In this document: piece by piece, positions 8,451-19,472 of the stretch
How the letters are laid out: each line of letters starts with the position of its first letter
Position numbering within the stretch: the stretch's first letter is position 1
From: an uncultured Burkholderiales bacterium
GTDB lineage: Bacteria; Actinomycetota; Acidimicrobiia; IMCC26256; JAGPDB01
Reading direction: 5' to 3'
NCBI GenBank assembly: GCA_964516875.1
Contig: CAZFAO010000004.1
Coordinates: 24,161-88,160, forward strand
Length of the DNA stretch: 64,000 bases
Translations under genes and position numbers: made by a program
Notes under the pieces: model-generated
What the model saw: the letters and a program-made list of their open reading frames with translations, nothing else
Told to the model about the DNA's origin: nothing
Database searches by the model: none

Positions 8451-11400
8451 CAGCCTTGTGTGTCTAAGACGAGTTGTGTATTGGCATATAAGTTTTGCAA
8501 CGACAATACTTCCACATTAACTCGACGCCATTGTTCAATCCCGGCAGCTAGAGCACGCGCTGCCGCAATTGTTGTGACACACGGGATGAAATATTTTGTT
8601 GCGGCCATGCGAATATGATCGCCGTCGCGACGCGTAGAGCGTCCTCGAGGAGTATTGATCACAAAATCAATTTTGCCTGACGACATGAGATCGATGGCGT
8701 CGTCGCCGAACTCATCACCAACTTTGGCAATAACATGATCGACGGGAATTCCATTTTGTACAAACGTACTTGCCGTTCCCGTCGTCGCTGCGAACCGGAA
8801 TCCCAGCTGCATGTAGTGGCGCGCGACATCGATCACTTTTTCTTTGTCGCGATTAGCAACCGAGATAAACACAATTCCTGATTCGGGAACTTTCATTCCC
8901 GCTGCTACTTGGGCTTTATAGAATGCTTCACCAAAGGTTGCACCCATTCCCATGACTTCACCCGTCGAACGCATTTCAGGTCCGAGCACAGCATCGACTT
9001 GAGGGAAGCGCGCGAATGGCAACACTGCTTCTTTCACTGCAACGCGACCAGACGAGCGATAATCGCGATTGCGATCGAGAATTCCCTTGTCTCTCAGATT
9101 TTCGAGCGTTTCACCAAGCATCAGTCGTGTTGCAATCTTTGCCACAGGAATACCTGTTGCCTTTGCAACGAAAGGAACTGTTCTCGATGCACGCGGATTG
9201 GCTTCAATCATAAACACAACATCGTCTTGAACGGCATATTGGATATTGATAAGACCAACAACTTTCAAACGCTCCGCTATTGCTTGTGTAGCAATCGTAA
9301 TTTTGTCTATGACATCATCGGAGAGTGACTGAGGAGGAAGCGCACACGCGGAATCGCCAGAGTGAACACCCGCTTCTTCAATATGTTCCATGATTCCCCC
9401 GATCATGAAATCACCGTTGACGTCGCGCAGGGCATCAACGTCGACTTCAATGGCCTCTTCGAGGAATTGATCGATCAACGCTGGTCGTTCCATCGATAAG
9501 CCACCTTCGCGACCAAGACTTCCCATCCCGCTTAACTCTTCCATTGCTTCGCGCAGTTGATGTTCGTCGTCGACGATCTGCATGGCTCGACCACCCAAGA
9601 CATAGCTGGGTCGAACAAGCACGGGATAACCAATATCATTCGCGATAGAAAGCGCGTCGTCCACCTCGACTGCAGTGGCACCAGGCGGCTGCGCAATAGA
9701 TAGTTCATCGCAGAGTTGATGGAAAAGATCACGGTCTTCAGCTAAATCAATGGAATCAGGAGATGTTCCTAAAACATTGAAACCGTGTTGTTCCAAGATG
9801 CGAGCGAGTTTGAGCGGAGTTTGTCCGCCAAGTGCAACAATGACACCGTGGGGTTGGAGACGTTCACAGATTGCCAAGACATCACTGGCCGTTAACGGCT
9901 CGAAGAACAACATGTCCGATGTGTCATAGTCAGTAGATACAGTTTCAGGATTGCAGTTAATCATGACAGGCGCATACCCTGCTTCTCGCAATGCATAACT
10001 CGCGTGGACACAGCAGTAATCGAATTCGACACCTTGTCCAATTCGATTCGGACCAGAACCGAGAATCACAACTGTTTCTTTAACAGGGATTTCCATTTCA
10101 TCTTCATCAGAATATGTCGAGTAAAAATACGGCGTTGACGAAGAGAACTCACCAGCGCAGGTATCAACGACAGAAAATGTTTTGTGGATATCGTGCGATT
10201 TAATGATGTCGAGAACTTCCGTTAATGAACAATCCCAGAGGTAGGCAATCTGCTCTGCAGAAAATCCATCTTTGAGAGCTTTCTTGAGTTCGCGTTTCGA
10301 AATTGTTGACGACGTTCGCGCTTCTAACATTTCACGAGTTTCGATGATCTGCATGATCTGATCGATGAAGAACGGATCAATTCGGGTCAGCTCGTGCGCA
10401 CGTGCAGGATCCATAAACGAACGCAACGCAGATTCAAGAGCAAAGATGCGATCGGGATTCGGAGAAACAAGAAGATCAAGCTTGTCTTCTTCACTCAGCT
10501 TGTCTGCAATTTCCTCTTGTGTGTCACAGTTCAAACCAAAGCGTCCGTTTTCCATCGAGCGCAGTGCTTTTTGCAATGATTCGCGGAACGTGCGGCCAAT
10601 CGCCATGACTTCGCCGACACTTTGCATTTGTGTTCCCAATGTTGAACTTGCACCGGGAAGTTTTTCAAATGCAAAGCGAGGAATCTTCGTGACGACATAG
10701 TCAATGGACGGCTCAAAACACGCGAGCGTTTTCTTTGTGATGTCGTTGGTGATTTCATCGAGCGTGTATCCCACTGCAAGACGCGCTGCGATTTTTGCAA
10801 TAGGAAATCCTGTTGCTTTGGAAGCGAGTGCTGACGATCGCGAGACGCGCGGATTCATTTCAATGACGATTTGCTCGCCGGTAGCCGGGTTGACAGCAAA
10901 CTGAACGTTCGACCCACCCGTATCAACACCGATACGACGCAACACCTTAAATGATGCGTCGCGCATCACTTGATATTCCCTATCGGTCAATGTCATTTGT
11001 GGTGCAACGGTGATTGAATCTCCCGTGTGAACACCCATGGCATCGACGTTTTCAATCGAACAGACAACAACGCAGTTATCTTTTTTGTCGCGAACAACTT
11101 CAAGTTCGTATTCTTTCCATCCAAGGACGCTTTGTTCAACGAGGATTTCACCAATGGGAGATGCTTCGATTCCGATGCGTGCACGGTTCGCCATATCGGC
11201 TTCGTCATACGCAATTCCGGTTCCGCCACCGCCCATAATAAAGCTGGGGCGAATCATGATGGGATAACCAATTTCGCTGGCAGCTTTTAATGCATCATCG
11301 ACATTGTTCACAATGCTCGAACGACATGTTGCTAAACCAATTTCCGTCATGGCATTTTTGAAGAGTTCACGATCTTCTGCCGTTCGGATCGCGTCGGGGT

Positions 11401-11755
11401 TGGCACCGATCATTTCAACGCCATACTTTTCGAGGATTCCATTATCTGCCAAACCGAGACCGATGTTGAGTGCTGTTTGTCCGCCCAGTGTGGGCAAAAT
11501 TGCATCTGGTTTTTCGAGAGCGATGATGGCTTCGACATGAGCGAGATCGAGAGGTTCAATATAGGTTGCGTCGGCCACATCAGGGTCAGTCATAATTGTT
11601 GCAGGATTCGAATTCACCAACACAACGCGATACCCCTCGGATCGCAGCACGCGACACGCTTGTGTGCCTGAATAATCGAACTCGCAGGCTTGACCAATAA
11701 CAATTGGTCCAGAACCAATGACCAGAATTGATTTGATATCGGTTCGCTTTCCCAT
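8450..11755 (-). CDS. carB: Carbamoyl-phosphate synthase large subunit
   Basis: 1101 aa with duplicated ATP-grasp halves. Begins [33 protein letters not shown]. Confidence 0.97.
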   Translation of the reverse strand: MGKRTDIKSILVIGSGPIVIGQACEFDYSGTQACRVLRSEGYRVVLVNSNPATIMTDPDVADATYIEPLDLAHVEAIIALEKPDAILPTLGGQTALNIGLGLADNGILEKYGVEMIGANPDAIRTAEDRELFKNAMTEIGLATCRSSIVNNVDDALKAASEIGYPIMIRPSFIMGGGGTGIAYDEADMANRARIGIEASPIGEILVEQSVLGWKEYELEVVRDKKDNCVVVCSIENVDAMGVHTGDSITVAPQMTLTDREYQVMRDASFKVLRRIGVDTGGSNVQFAVNPATGEQIVIEMNPRVSRSSALASKATGFPIAKIAARLAVGYTLDEITNDITKKTLACFEPSIDYVVTKIPRFAFEKLPGASSTLGTQMQSVGEVMAIGRTFRESLQKALRSMENGRFGLNCDTQEEIADKLSEEDKLDLLVSPNPDRIFALESALRSFMDPARAHELTRIDPFFIDQIMQIIETREMLEARTSSTISKRELKKALKDGFSAEQIAYLWDCSLTEVLDIIKSHDIHKTFSVVDTCAGEFSSSTPYFYSTYSDEDEMEIPVKETVVILGSGPNRIGQGVEFDYCCVHASYALREAGYAPVMINCNPETVSTDYDTSDMLFFEPLTASDVLAICERLQPHGVIVALGGQTPLKLARILEQHGFNVLGTSPDSIDLAEDRDLFHQLCDELSIAQPPGATAVEVDDALSIANDIGYPVLVRPSYVLGGRAMQIVDDEHQLREAMEELSGMGSLGREGGLSMERPALIDQFLEEAIEVDVDALRDVNGDFMIGGIMEHIEEAGVHSGDSACALPPQSLSDDVIDKITIATQAIAERLKVVGLINIQYAVQDDVVFMIEANPRASRTVPFVAKATGIPVAKIATRLMLGETLENLRDKGILDRNRDYRSSGRVAVKEAVLPFARFPQVDAVLGPEMRSTGEVMGMGATFGEAFYKAQVAAGMKVPESGIVFISVANRDKEKVIDVARHYMQLGFRFAATTGTASTFVQNGIPVDHVIAKVGDEFGDDAIDLMSSGKIDFVINTPRGRSTRRDGDHIRMAATKYFIPCVTTIAAARALAAGIEQWRRVNVEVLSLQNLYANTQLVLDTQG

Positions 11756-12858
11756 TATTTTCGTCCCTTCGCGAATGTTTCCATCGATGTCACAAAATCG
11801 TCGAAAATCACTGCAGCTTCGTGCGGACCCGGACCCGCCTCCGGGTGATGTTGCACACTGAAGGTAATTCCGTCGTTTAATCGCAAGCCTTCGACCGTTC
11901 CGTCGTTGAGATTCACGTGTGTTACCTCTGCGCCGGGAATCGTGTCAGCATTGACGGCGTAGTTGTGATTTTGACTGGTGATCTGAATTGTTCCGCCGAG
12001 AAGATTTTGGACGGGATGATTGCCTCCGTGATGACCAAATTCAAGTTTGTATGTTTCTCCTTTGAGCGCACGCCCAAGAATTTGGTGCCCCAAACAAATT
12101 CCAAACACCGGAAGATTTCCCACAAGCGAGGCAACGTGCGTATCTGCATGTGTCACTGCTGAAGGATCACCGGGACCGTTCGACAAAAACACACCATCAG
12201 GTTCACGGGCTATGACATCATCGGAAGATTCATTCCACGGAACAACTTCGATATAACATCCTCGCGACTCGAGATGATCGAGAATGGATTTTTTTATTCC
12301 AAAATCGTATGCCACAACATAAAACGGCGAGTCTTGCTTGCCTCTAAAGTACGACTCTTTCGTGGAGACGAGTTCCGCCAAGTTTTGGTGATCGGTTCCC
12401 TGTGCATTCACTGCTGCTTGTTTCACGGCAGTTTCGTCGGTACCAAATGCAGCGGGTAAGGCTCCGTTGTCGCGAATGAATCGAGTGAGTGCACGCGTAT
12501 CAACATTGGCGAGAGCGGGTATTCCATGTCGAACAAGGTACGCATCAAGAGTTGCATTCGCGCGCCAGTTCGAATACTTTCTGGACAGGTCACGCACGAT
12601 AATTCCATTACAAAACGGGGATGGCGCTTCGTCATCTTCACCGTTGACGCCATAATTTCCCAGTTGCGTTGCCGTGAACGTAATGATCTGGCCGGCATAG
12701 CTCGGATCAGAAATAATTTCTTGATATCCCGACATTGCGGTATTGAAAACAACTTCACCTGTTGCGACTCCAGCGTCGGGAATCGCTCCACAGATGTTGC
12801 CCTCGAATTGTGTTCCATCATTAAAGATGAGAACTGCCTCGTCCCCTGTTTTCGTCAT
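11755..12858 (-). CDS. carA: Carbamoyl-phosphate synthase small (glutaminase) subunit
   Basis: 367 aa with the GICLGHQ catalytic Cys motif. Overlaps carB by 1 nt. Confidence 0.96.
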   Translation of the reverse strand: MTKTGDEAVLIFNDGTQFEGNICGAIPDAGVATGEVVFNTAMSGYQEIISDPSYAGQIITFTATQLGNYGVNGEDDEAPSPFCNGIIVRDLSRKYSNWRANATLDAYLVRHGIPALANVDTRALTRFIRDNGALPAAFGTDETAVKQAAVNAQGTDHQNLAELVSTKESYFRGKQDSPFYVVAYDFGIKKSILDHLESRGCYIEVVPWNESSDDVIAREPDGVFLSNGPGDPSAVTHADTHVASLVGNLPVFGICLGHQILGRALKGETYKLEFGHHGGNHPVQNLLGGTIQITSQNHNYAVNADTIPGAEVTHVNLNDGTVEGLRLNDGITFSVQHHPEAGPGPHEAAVIFDDFVTSMETFAKGRK

Positions 12859-14174
12859 CGCGTTGGCTGCCCTTTCTCACACGTCATCTCGCCGCGTAAA
12901 AATGTATAGTGAACTTTTCCTGTGAGCTGTTGGCCGTCCCATGGCGAGTTCACACTTTTCGAATGAAGATCATCGGCGGATACAATCCAGTTTTCTGATT
13001 CGTTAAATAGTGTGATGTGTGCTGGGTTGCCCGCTGAAATATCGAGACCAAATCCACCATTGTCTGGTTTATGCGCATTAATAATGCGTGCCGGATTAAT
13101 CGACATCACCCGAATAAGTTTTTCTAAAGTCAGCACACCTGTTTGCACAAGGTGAGTGATACTTGCTGAGAGTGCAGTTTCTACTCCGAGCATTCCTGGA
13201 GGCGCGTCTTTGATTCCCTTGTCTTTGAGTTCTTTCGGATGGGGTGCGTGATCCGTTGCAATAGCTGCAATTGAACCATCTGCTAAACCGTCGCGCATTG
13301 CTTGGTTGTCGTACTCTTCGCGAAGAGGCGGATTCATTTTAAAGTTTGCGTTTCCACTCTTTAATAGATCAGACGTGAGGGCAAAATGTTGCGGCGCAAC
13401 TTCGGTAGTGACGTTCACGCCAGCGAGTTGAGCTCGACGGATCACATCAAGCGCCTGTGCCGTCGACAGGTGAAGAACGTGATAGAGCAAATCATGTCCG
13501 AAGGCACTCATGAGTGCAATGTCACGCGCCACGATGACTTCTTCAGCCACGCGATGGCGACCCGGTAACCCAAGTTCGCGACTGATGTCGCCCTCATTCA
13601 TGACACCGTCGTGAACTAAAGAGTGATCTTCGCAATGTTGCGCAAGGACGCATCCCCCCAGATTGGATAATGTTTCAATGGCTTCGCGCATGAGACGTGC
13701 TGTTTTTACGCAGTCGCCGTCGTCGGTGAAGGTGCGCGCGCCCGCTTCATACAAACCCACCATGTCAGAAAGTTCTTCGCTTGCACGGCCTCTCGTAATG
13801 GCCGCAGAAACAAAAACGTCGCACAGAGCATTCTCCGCGCGACGCTTCACGTCTAGGTAGGCTTCGGGTGTATCGATACACGGAGTGGTATTGGGCATAC
13901 ATTGCACCGCGGTCATTCCACCCACCGCAGCTGCACGCGACCCTGAAAGAATATCTTCCGAAGTTTCTTGTCCCGGTTCACGCAAGTGAACTTGAATGTC
14001 GACGAGTCCGGGAGATATCACGAGATCAGTGGCGTCGATTGTGTGTGCGCCCGCGGGAACGGTAATCGACTCACCCACTTCATGAATGACACCGTCGCGA
14101 ATAAGCACGTCACCTTTTCGTCGAGGCTTCGAATCAATAATGTCTCCACCCACTAGTGCAAAAATGTCGCTCAT
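12855..14174 (-). CDS. pyrC: Dihydroorotase
   Basis: 439 aa with GLVDIQVHLREPG and ATDHAPH metal-binding motifs. 4-nt overlaps on both sides. Confidence 0.93.
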   Translation of the reverse strand: MSDIFALVGGDIIDSKPRRKGDVLIRDGVIHEVGESITVPAGAHTIDATDLVISPGLVDIQVHLREPGQETSEDILSGSRAAAVGGMTAVQCMPNTTPCIDTPEAYLDVKRRAENALCDVFVSAAITRGRASEELSDMVGLYEAGARTFTDDGDCVKTARLMREAIETLSNLGGCVLAQHCEDHSLVHDGVMNEGDISRELGLPGRHRVAEEVIVARDIALMSAFGHDLLYHVLHLSTAQALDVIRRAQLAGVNVTTEVAPQHFALTSDLLKSGNANFKMNPPLREEYDNQAMRDGLADGSIAAIATDHAPHPKELKDKGIKDAPPGMLGVETALSASITHLVQTGVLTLEKLIRVMSINPARIINAHKPDNGGFGLDISAGNPAHITLFNESENWIVSADDLHSKSVNSPWDGQQLTGKVHYTFLRGEMTCEKGQPTR

Positions 14175-14767
14175 CTTGTTTCTCCTCGTTCGACATCGAT
14201 GCGATCGATACTATCGATTTCGCTCATGAGAACATGAACTTGTTCTGAGTGTTTGGTGGGAAGATTTTTTCCGATGAAATCTGCACGGATAGGAAGTTCG
14301 CGGTGTCCTCGATCGATCAAGACCGCGAGTTGCATTTGTTCTGGACGCGACACACGCGAGACGGTATCCATCGCTGCGCGTATCGAGCGTCCCGTAAAGA
14401 GAACATCGTCAACCAAAACAACATGAGATTTTGAAAGATCGGTATTGGGATTAGGTTCGGTGGGAAAAAATGGCGGGAAGAGATGCGCAATGTCTTCGGG
14501 TAAAGTGCGAGATGTAGTTTCGTTCTGACTCCGATCATCGCGCGCGCCCGTGATATCGAGAGAATACACTGGGACTTTGGTTTCTTCGATTCCTGAGATG
14601 ATGGCCGACAATCGAGACGCAATAAGTGCGCCGCGTTTTAAGAGTCCAAGGAAGACAAGATTTTCCGCACCATTATTGCGTTCAATAATTTCGTGGGAAA
14701 TACGAGTACACACGCGTCGCATGTCGTCACTCGAAAAGACACTTAAGGTTTTCACACGCCTCCACAT
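14171..14767 (-). CDS. pyrR: Bifunctional pyr operon regulator / uracil phosphoribosyltransferase PyrR
   Basis: RISHEIIERNNG, LVFLGLLKRG and the PRPP motif VVLVDDVLFTGRSIRAAMD. The track start at 14905 would overlap the upstream gene by 52 nt. I prefer the ATG at 14765-14767, or the GTG at 14753-14755, which has GGAGG 4 nt upstream. Confidence 0.9.
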   Translation of the reverse strand: MWRRVKTLSVFSSDDMRRVCTRISHEIIERNNGAENLVFLGLLKRGALIASRLSAIISGIEETKVPVYSLDITGARDDRSQNETTSRTLPEDIAHLFPPFFPTEPNPNTDLSKSHVVLVDDVLFTGRSIRAAMDTVSRVSRPEQMQLAVLIDRGHRELPIRADFIGKNLPTKHSEQVHVLMSEIDSIDRIDVERGETR

Positions 14768-14789
14768 CAGTCTCGCTGTACTGCCTCGG

Positions 14790-14830
14790 ATGTTATATCC
14801 GTCACCTCGCAGGATGAATTGGCTCAAATC
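14790..14830 (-). promoter_or_regulatory. Candidate PyrR-binding RNA element in the pyrR leader
   Basis: The minus-strand RNA reads ...AAUUCAUCCUGCGAGGUGACGGAUAUAACAUCCGAGG... The UCCUGCGAGG stretch resembles the conserved PyrR-binding core UCC-N-G-N-GAGG. AUCC/GGAU/AUCC segments could form alternative hairpins. The consensus is quoted from memory. Confidence 0.4.
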
Positions 14831-14853
14831 AGTATACCAGAAAATGAAGGCTG

Positions 14854-15372
14854 TTACGAAAGGTAGACCTGCTCTAAAAGATCTTGTTGAAGTGCGGTGA
14901 GCCATTCGTAAATATCGCGCAATTGTGCCGACGGATCAGCAGGATCAGCTTCTTGGCTTTCTTCAGAAATATTGAGCCGCGTTCCCAGCGCGAGTCGCAA
15001 GTCATTGAGGCTTTTCAACCACGCTTCTGTTTCCTCGGGAGATAAGAGAACCATTTTAAGATCGCCCGCATCGCGCTCAAGGGGTGCAATATCAAGGCGT
15101 TTGATGGAGTCAACGAGCAACATCAATGTCGCGACGCGTGATTCAAGAAGTTCAGGATGCGAAAACGCAGCCCACGTCATTTCGGCGGTTTCTTCTGTGG
15201 GATCTAAATATGCGCGCGGGAAAAGTCGTTCGCGCACAGGATCTTCGCCCAGTGCTGGCGTTTCGATTATGGCTCGAAGGTCAAGTGCAATGTCGGTAAA
15301 CATTTGCGCTTCTCCATCAAAAAGATACGCCTCGACACCTTCCATCGTGACTGCAAAACGATTCGACCTCAT
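14854..15372 (-). CDS. Hypothetical protein, probably the DUF2017-type protein that accompanies clpS in Actinobacteria
   Basis: 172 aa, acidic, immediately downstream of clpS. The family assignment is from memory and needs an HMM check. Confidence 0.65.
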   Translation of the reverse strand: MRSNRFAVTMEGVEAYLFDGEAQMFTDIALDLRAIIETPALGEDPVRERLFPRAYLDPTEETAEMTWAAFSHPELLESRVATLMLLVDSIKRLDIAPLERDAGDLKMVLLSPEETEAWLKSLNDLRLALGTRLNISEESQEADPADPSAQLRDIYEWLTALQQDLLEQVYLS

Positions 15373-15400
15373 GTAAACTCTCCGCGCATTGGGACCCTAA

Positions 15401-15691
15401 CTACTCATCTTTTTGCATGGTCGCCCAGAGACCGTGTGCGTGTAAACGGCTGACGTCACCTTCGCATGCGTCGCGTCGACCTGATGACACAACAGCTTTA
15501 CCATCATGGTGAACTTGCATCATGAGTTCGTTTGCTTTTTCGCGCGAATAACCAAAGAGTTTTTGCAACACGTGAACAACATAGCTCATCAAATTCACAG
15601 GATCATTCCAGACAATAACCACCCACGGAGAATCGAGCATTCCTTCAATGTCGATATCGCCTTCAACAACGGGTACGGGTGTCTCGGTCAC
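15401..15691 (-). CDS. clpS: ATP-dependent Clp protease adaptor ClpS
   Basis: 96 aa with [46 protein letters not shown]. Confidence 0.92.
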   Translation of the reverse strand: MTETPVPVVEGDIDIEGMLDSPWVVIVWNDPVNLMSYVVHVLQKLFGYSREKANELMMQVHHDGKAVVSSGRRDACEGDVSRLHAHGLWATMQKDE

Positions 15692-15700
15692 GGTTTTACC

Positions 15701-16135
15701 TTATTTCGATTCAGCTTCGTCGCTTGGATGAGCTTTTTCTAATAATCCCACACCGCGAACGTTATGTGCAATTGTTCCGAGGACACCATTGACAAAACGT
15801 GGCGACTCGGGAGTGGAATAGGTTTCGCACAATTTTACCGATTCAGAAATGATGGTTCCCACCGGCACATCAGCGCTTCGGACGAGTTCGGTAATCGCCA
15901 TACGCAGTACCGCTCGATCAAAACCGGGAAGACGATCTGAATCCCACCCTTTTGTATTGCTCTGCATAAGCGAATTGATCTTCTCAGCGTTTGCTGAATA
16001 ATCTTCCAAAAGCTGGACAACATATTTGTCAGGAACAACCTCAAGCTCAGCCAAGGTCGCATCAATAGTTTGATTTTTCGAATTCGATTCAAACAAGAGA
16101 AGCGATGCTCGTTCTCGGGAATCTGTCTTATTCAC
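15701..16135 (-). CDS. nusB: Transcription antitermination factor NusB
   Basis: 144 aa with RAVLRMAITEL and FVNGVLG motifs. The efp-nusB pairing is conserved. Confidence 0.93.
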   Translation of the reverse strand: MNKTDSRERASLLLFESNSKNQTIDATLAELEVVPDKYVVQLLEDYSANAEKINSLMQSNTKGWDSDRLPGFDRAVLRMAITELVRSADVPVGTIISESVKLCETYSTPESPRFVNGVLGTIAHNVRGVGLLEKAHPSDEAESK

Positions 16136-16159
16136 GACACTACCTCATCAACAGAAATA

Positions 16160-16720
16160 TCACACACGAGTGATGTATTCGCCGGTGCGGGTGTCGACCT
16201 TGATAACTTCACCTTGGTCAACAAACAGCGGAACTTGAACAATCAATCCCGTTTCGAGAGTTGCAGGTTTGCGCGCGCCCGAAACACGATCGCCCTGCAA
16301 ACCAGGTTCCGTTTCAGCAATCGTTAGCTCTACGCTCGCAGGGAGTTCAACACCGAGTGCTTCATGTCCAAACATGGGGATCATTGCGTTGTCAGATTCT
16401 TTGAGATATTTTCCAGCATCGCCGACTTGTTCAGCGGAGAGATTCATTTGGTCATAAGTTTCCAGGTCCATGAAAACAAAATTGTTGCCATCGCGATATA
16501 AAAATTGATAGTCGCGCTTATCGACGGTTGCTTGTTCCATTTTCGTACCAGCACTAAATGTTTTTTCCAATGTGCGGCCCGTGCGCAAGTTCTTGAGAGT
16601 GGTGCGAACAAAAGCTGGACCCTTACCGGGTTTCACGTGTTGGAAATCGGTGATCTGCATCAACCCTTCATCAAGGTTGAGCACCATACCGTTTTTGAAA
16701 TCTGCTGTTGAAATTGCCAT
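16160..16720 (-). CDS. efp: Elongation factor P
   Basis: 186 aa. Begins MAISTADFKNGMVLNLDEGLMQITDFQHVKPGKGPAFVRTTLKNLRTG. Confidence 0.97.
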   Translation of the reverse strand: MAISTADFKNGMVLNLDEGLMQITDFQHVKPGKGPAFVRTTLKNLRTGRTLEKTFSAGTKMEQATVDKRDYQFLYRDGNNFVFMDLETYDQMNLSAEQVGDAGKYLKESDNAMIPMFGHEALGVELPASVELTIAETEPGLQGDRVSGARKPATLETGLIVQVPLFVDQGEVIKVDTRTGEYITRV

Positions 16721-16721
16721 A

Positions 16722-16763
16722 AGGGGTCAAAGCTTAGTTCAGACCTGGCTTCGGGACCACGCG
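16722..16763. repeat. Weak repeat: AGGGGTCAAAGCT ... TCGGGACCACGCG
   Basis: Two blocks are colinear with the reverse complement of 30105-30137 (AGGGGTGACCAAAGCT ... TCGGGAGACCACGCG), with 2-3 nt indels and a different spacer. It lies in the efp 5' region. Confidence 0.35.
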
Positions 16764-16798
16764 AAGTACAGACCTTTCCTCTGCTTTACATGCAAAAA

Positions 16799-17752
16799 CT
16801 AGCGCGATTCTGCCATATCCATTGCGGCTTCTGGTCGAAGTTGCGCAAGAGAAAGCGGATCAATTCCGTCCCTCACAATTTTGTCGAGTTGCACGACATC
16901 AAGAATTGGAACTGATCCTCGAGATCGTCCACCAATCCTGTCCGTTTGACTCCATTCAACGCTTGCATAACGCACTTCTTTTTTGTCAATTTCAATAGCA
17001 AGAGACGCTACGAGAGAAGCGTATGCTTCAATTGCATTGTCGTCTGCCAAGGCATCGACCAGTGCTTTTACTGGGGTAACAATCGCGGCGATCTCCTCAA
17101 TGGCAGCTTGATGTGACTCTACAAATTCTTGCCATTGACCTTTCTCTGCACCTATTCGCCCGAGTTCACGACGCGATTCATACAAATCATCCCACCGATA
17201 GTCCTCTGAAAAATCAAAAATAGGCTGAGATACTCCCCCGACGTCTCTTTCGCACGAATCGTTTGTTCGCTCAATAGATACGAGTTCATCCCACTTAGGA
17301 AATTGTGTACCAAGCAGTTGATCACATATCGAAACTAGTTGTGCTTTAACTCCGCTTTGAGTGGATTGGATTTCCCCAAGAAAGCCTTCGCCAGGAAGGA
17401 GTTGAGCAAGTACTTCATTAGCTGTAGGACTGAGCGATGAACCAAGGTTGCTTACCATTGCTCTTACTTCACTGATCGCCACATCGCGTTCATCCAAATG
17501 CTGTTCGAGACTTTTGCTCGCAACATCGACTGCAGAAGATATCTTACCATCTTTATATTGCGCACGTCGAGGGTCGGAGAAATCTAATCCGGCTTGCGCA
17601 ATCGATGCAGAAATGAGTGCCTGATATATTTGGAGTTTGGCTTCGGGCTCAATATCCGCTGGCAACGCTAGCCATACCCGGCGTGGCATCATCACCACTT
17701 CCGTTCTCATTCCCTCGCCAATTCCTGAATCGTATGGGTGCAAGTATGACAT
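16799..17752 (-). CDS. Hypothetical protein with no recognised domain
   Basis: The track ORF starts at TTG 17758. The ATG at 17750-17752 has GAAAGG 7 nt upstream. About 317 aa, acidic, apparently helical, with no TM or signal peptide. It sits between the usually adjacent pepQ-type peptidase and efp. Confidence 0.6.
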   Translation of the reverse strand: MSYLHPYDSGIGEGMRTEVVMMPRRVWLALPADIEPEAKLQIYQALISASIAQAGLDFSDPRRAQYKDGKISSAVDVASKSLEQHLDERDVAISEVRAMVSNLGSSLSPTANEVLAQLLPGEGFLGEIQSTQSGVKAQLVSICDQLLGTQFPKWDELVSIERTNDSCERDVGGVSQPIFDFSEDYRWDDLYESRRELGRIGAEKGQWQEFVESHQAAIEEIAAIVTPVKALVDALADDNAIEAYASLVASLAIEIDKKEVRYASVEWSQTDRIGGRSRGSVPILDVVQLDKIVRDGIDPLSLAQLRPEAAMDMAESR

Positions 17753-17833
17753 AAACAACCTTTCATCCGTGAGAGGCGATCTTAATCACTATGTTACAAA
17801 TCAAGCAAAATTCTTGATGTAATGAGAATAGAT

Positions 17834-18955
17834 TTAAACGACAACAAGCTGTTTTGGTGCAGTGGTGAGAACTTCCGCACCGTCGTGCGTGACGTGGAGC
17901 GTGTCTTCAATGCGCACCCCTGCGAAATCTTCGATGTATACACCGGGTTCGACCGTCAATATGTGGCCTTCAACGGCCGTTTCATCGCCCGCTGCCCGCA
18001 CCCACGGCTGTTCGTGGATGTCCAAACCGACGCCATGCCCCGTGGAGTGTGTGAAGTATTTTTCCACGTCATGTTCTTTGAGAAAGTCACGACACGCTGA
18101 ATCAATATCGGCAACATCAATACCGGCTTTGACGACTTCGCGACCGCGCTTTTGGGACTCGATGACGAGATCATACATTTCTTGTTGTTTCGCATCGGGT
18201 TCACCCACACTCACGGTTCGAGTCATGTCTGAGCAATATCCGTCAACGATACAACCAAAATCGATCACAATCATTTGATTCGGTTGAATTTTTGTGTCGC
18301 TCGGCATTGCGTGAGGGAGAGCACCGCGTGGTCCGCATGCTGTGATGGTATCGAATGAATTTCCTGATGCGCCTAAGTCCACCATTGCGCGATCAAGAGC
18401 AGTTGCAAATTCTTTTTCTGTCGGTAGGTCTTTCAACATGGGAAGAGTCAACGCAAGTGCATCATCGGCAACACGACATGCTGCGCGGATACGATCGACT
18501 TCACCTGCTTCTTTAATGATGCGCACTTGTTCAACAACACCCGTTGTGGGAACAAAGTGAGAATCACTAAAGTGTTCGATGTATTTATTTGCGCTTGCCC
18601 ACGCAAGAGTGCTTGCTTCAAGCCCGACACGCATTCCCGACGATATTCCTTTTTCAAGAAATGCCATGGGGCCTTCGCCCTGGGTTGTGACACATATGTC
18701 CGCATCGACACCGGCCGCATCGAGTTGTTCGCGGCTCTGTGTTCGATAGCGTCCATCGGTAATGAACATCATTGAATCTTTTGTCAGCAACACAAGACCG
18801 TTACTCCCGGTGTAGCCCGTGATGTAACGAACATTTGTGAGATGCGAAACAACAAGCGCATCGATGTCGTCGGGAAAGACTGCACGGACTTTATCCGCAC
18901 GCTTCGAATAATCCATGGGAGTGAGTGCTGCGAGGAGTTCAGAGCTTTGTGTCAT
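17834..18955 (-). CDS. Xaa-Pro peptidase, M24B family
   Basis: 373 aa with HSTGHGVGLDIHEQP and VEPGVY motifs. It occupies the conserved position upstream of efp. Confidence 0.92.
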   Translation of the reverse strand: MTQSSELLAALTPMDYSKRADKVRAVFPDDIDALVVSHLTNVRYITGYTGSNGLVLLTKDSMMFITDGRYRTQSREQLDAAGVDADICVTTQGEGPMAFLEKGISSGMRVGLEASTLAWASANKYIEHFSDSHFVPTTGVVEQVRIIKEAGEVDRIRAACRVADDALALTLPMLKDLPTEKEFATALDRAMVDLGASGNSFDTITACGPRGALPHAMPSDTKIQPNQMIVIDFGCIVDGYCSDMTRTVSVGEPDAKQQEMYDLVIESQKRGREVVKAGIDVADIDSACRDFLKEHDVEKYFTHSTGHGVGLDIHEQPWVRAAGDETAVEGHILTVEPGVYIEDFAGVRIEDTLHVTHDGAEVLTTAPKQLVVV

Positions 18956-18992
18956 AGAGGTCTTTCGTCACTTTCTCTCGTGTGCCTTAATT

Positions 18993-19421
18993 TCATTTTG
19001 CGAGAAGTGAACTGACTGCTTGTGCGGCGAGAACGTACGAATTGATTCGAAATCCTGAGACTACTCCCGTGACGACAGCAGAGATCACTGACGTGTGGCG
19101 AAAATCTTCGCGCGTGTGGGGGTTCGAGAGATGGACTTCGATTTTGACGCCGTCATACATTGCAAGAGCATCGCGAATAGCATACGAATAATGCGTGAAT
19201 GCGCCTGCGTTAATAATGATGGCATCGGCGGTTCCCCGTGCTTGTTGAATTGCGTCAATGATTTCACTTTCCGAATTGGACTGGATATCATCAACCTCGA
19301 ATGACGGCAGATTTTTCTTCACCGCATCAACACAATCGGCAAGAGTATCTGATCCATAAATATCGGGCTCACGCTCACCGAGGAGATTGAGATTGGGTCC
19401 GTTGATGACAAGTACGCGCAT
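18993..19421 (-). CDS. aroQ: 3-dehydroquinate dehydratase, type II
   Basis: MRVLVINGPNLNLLGEREPDIYG is the typical AroQ N-terminus. I prefer the ATG at 19419-19421 over the track start at 19439. Confidence 0.93.
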   Translation of the reverse strand: MRVLVINGPNLNLLGEREPDIYGSDTLADCVDAVKKNLPSFEVDDIQSNSESEIIDAIQQARGTADAIIINAGAFTHYSYAIRDALAMYDGVKIEVHLSNPHTREDFRHTSVISAVVTGVVSGFRINSYVLAAQAVSSLLAK

Positions 19422-19472
19422 AGTGACAGTTTTACACATCTCAGCACATATAAATTGTTCTTTTTATCCCAT

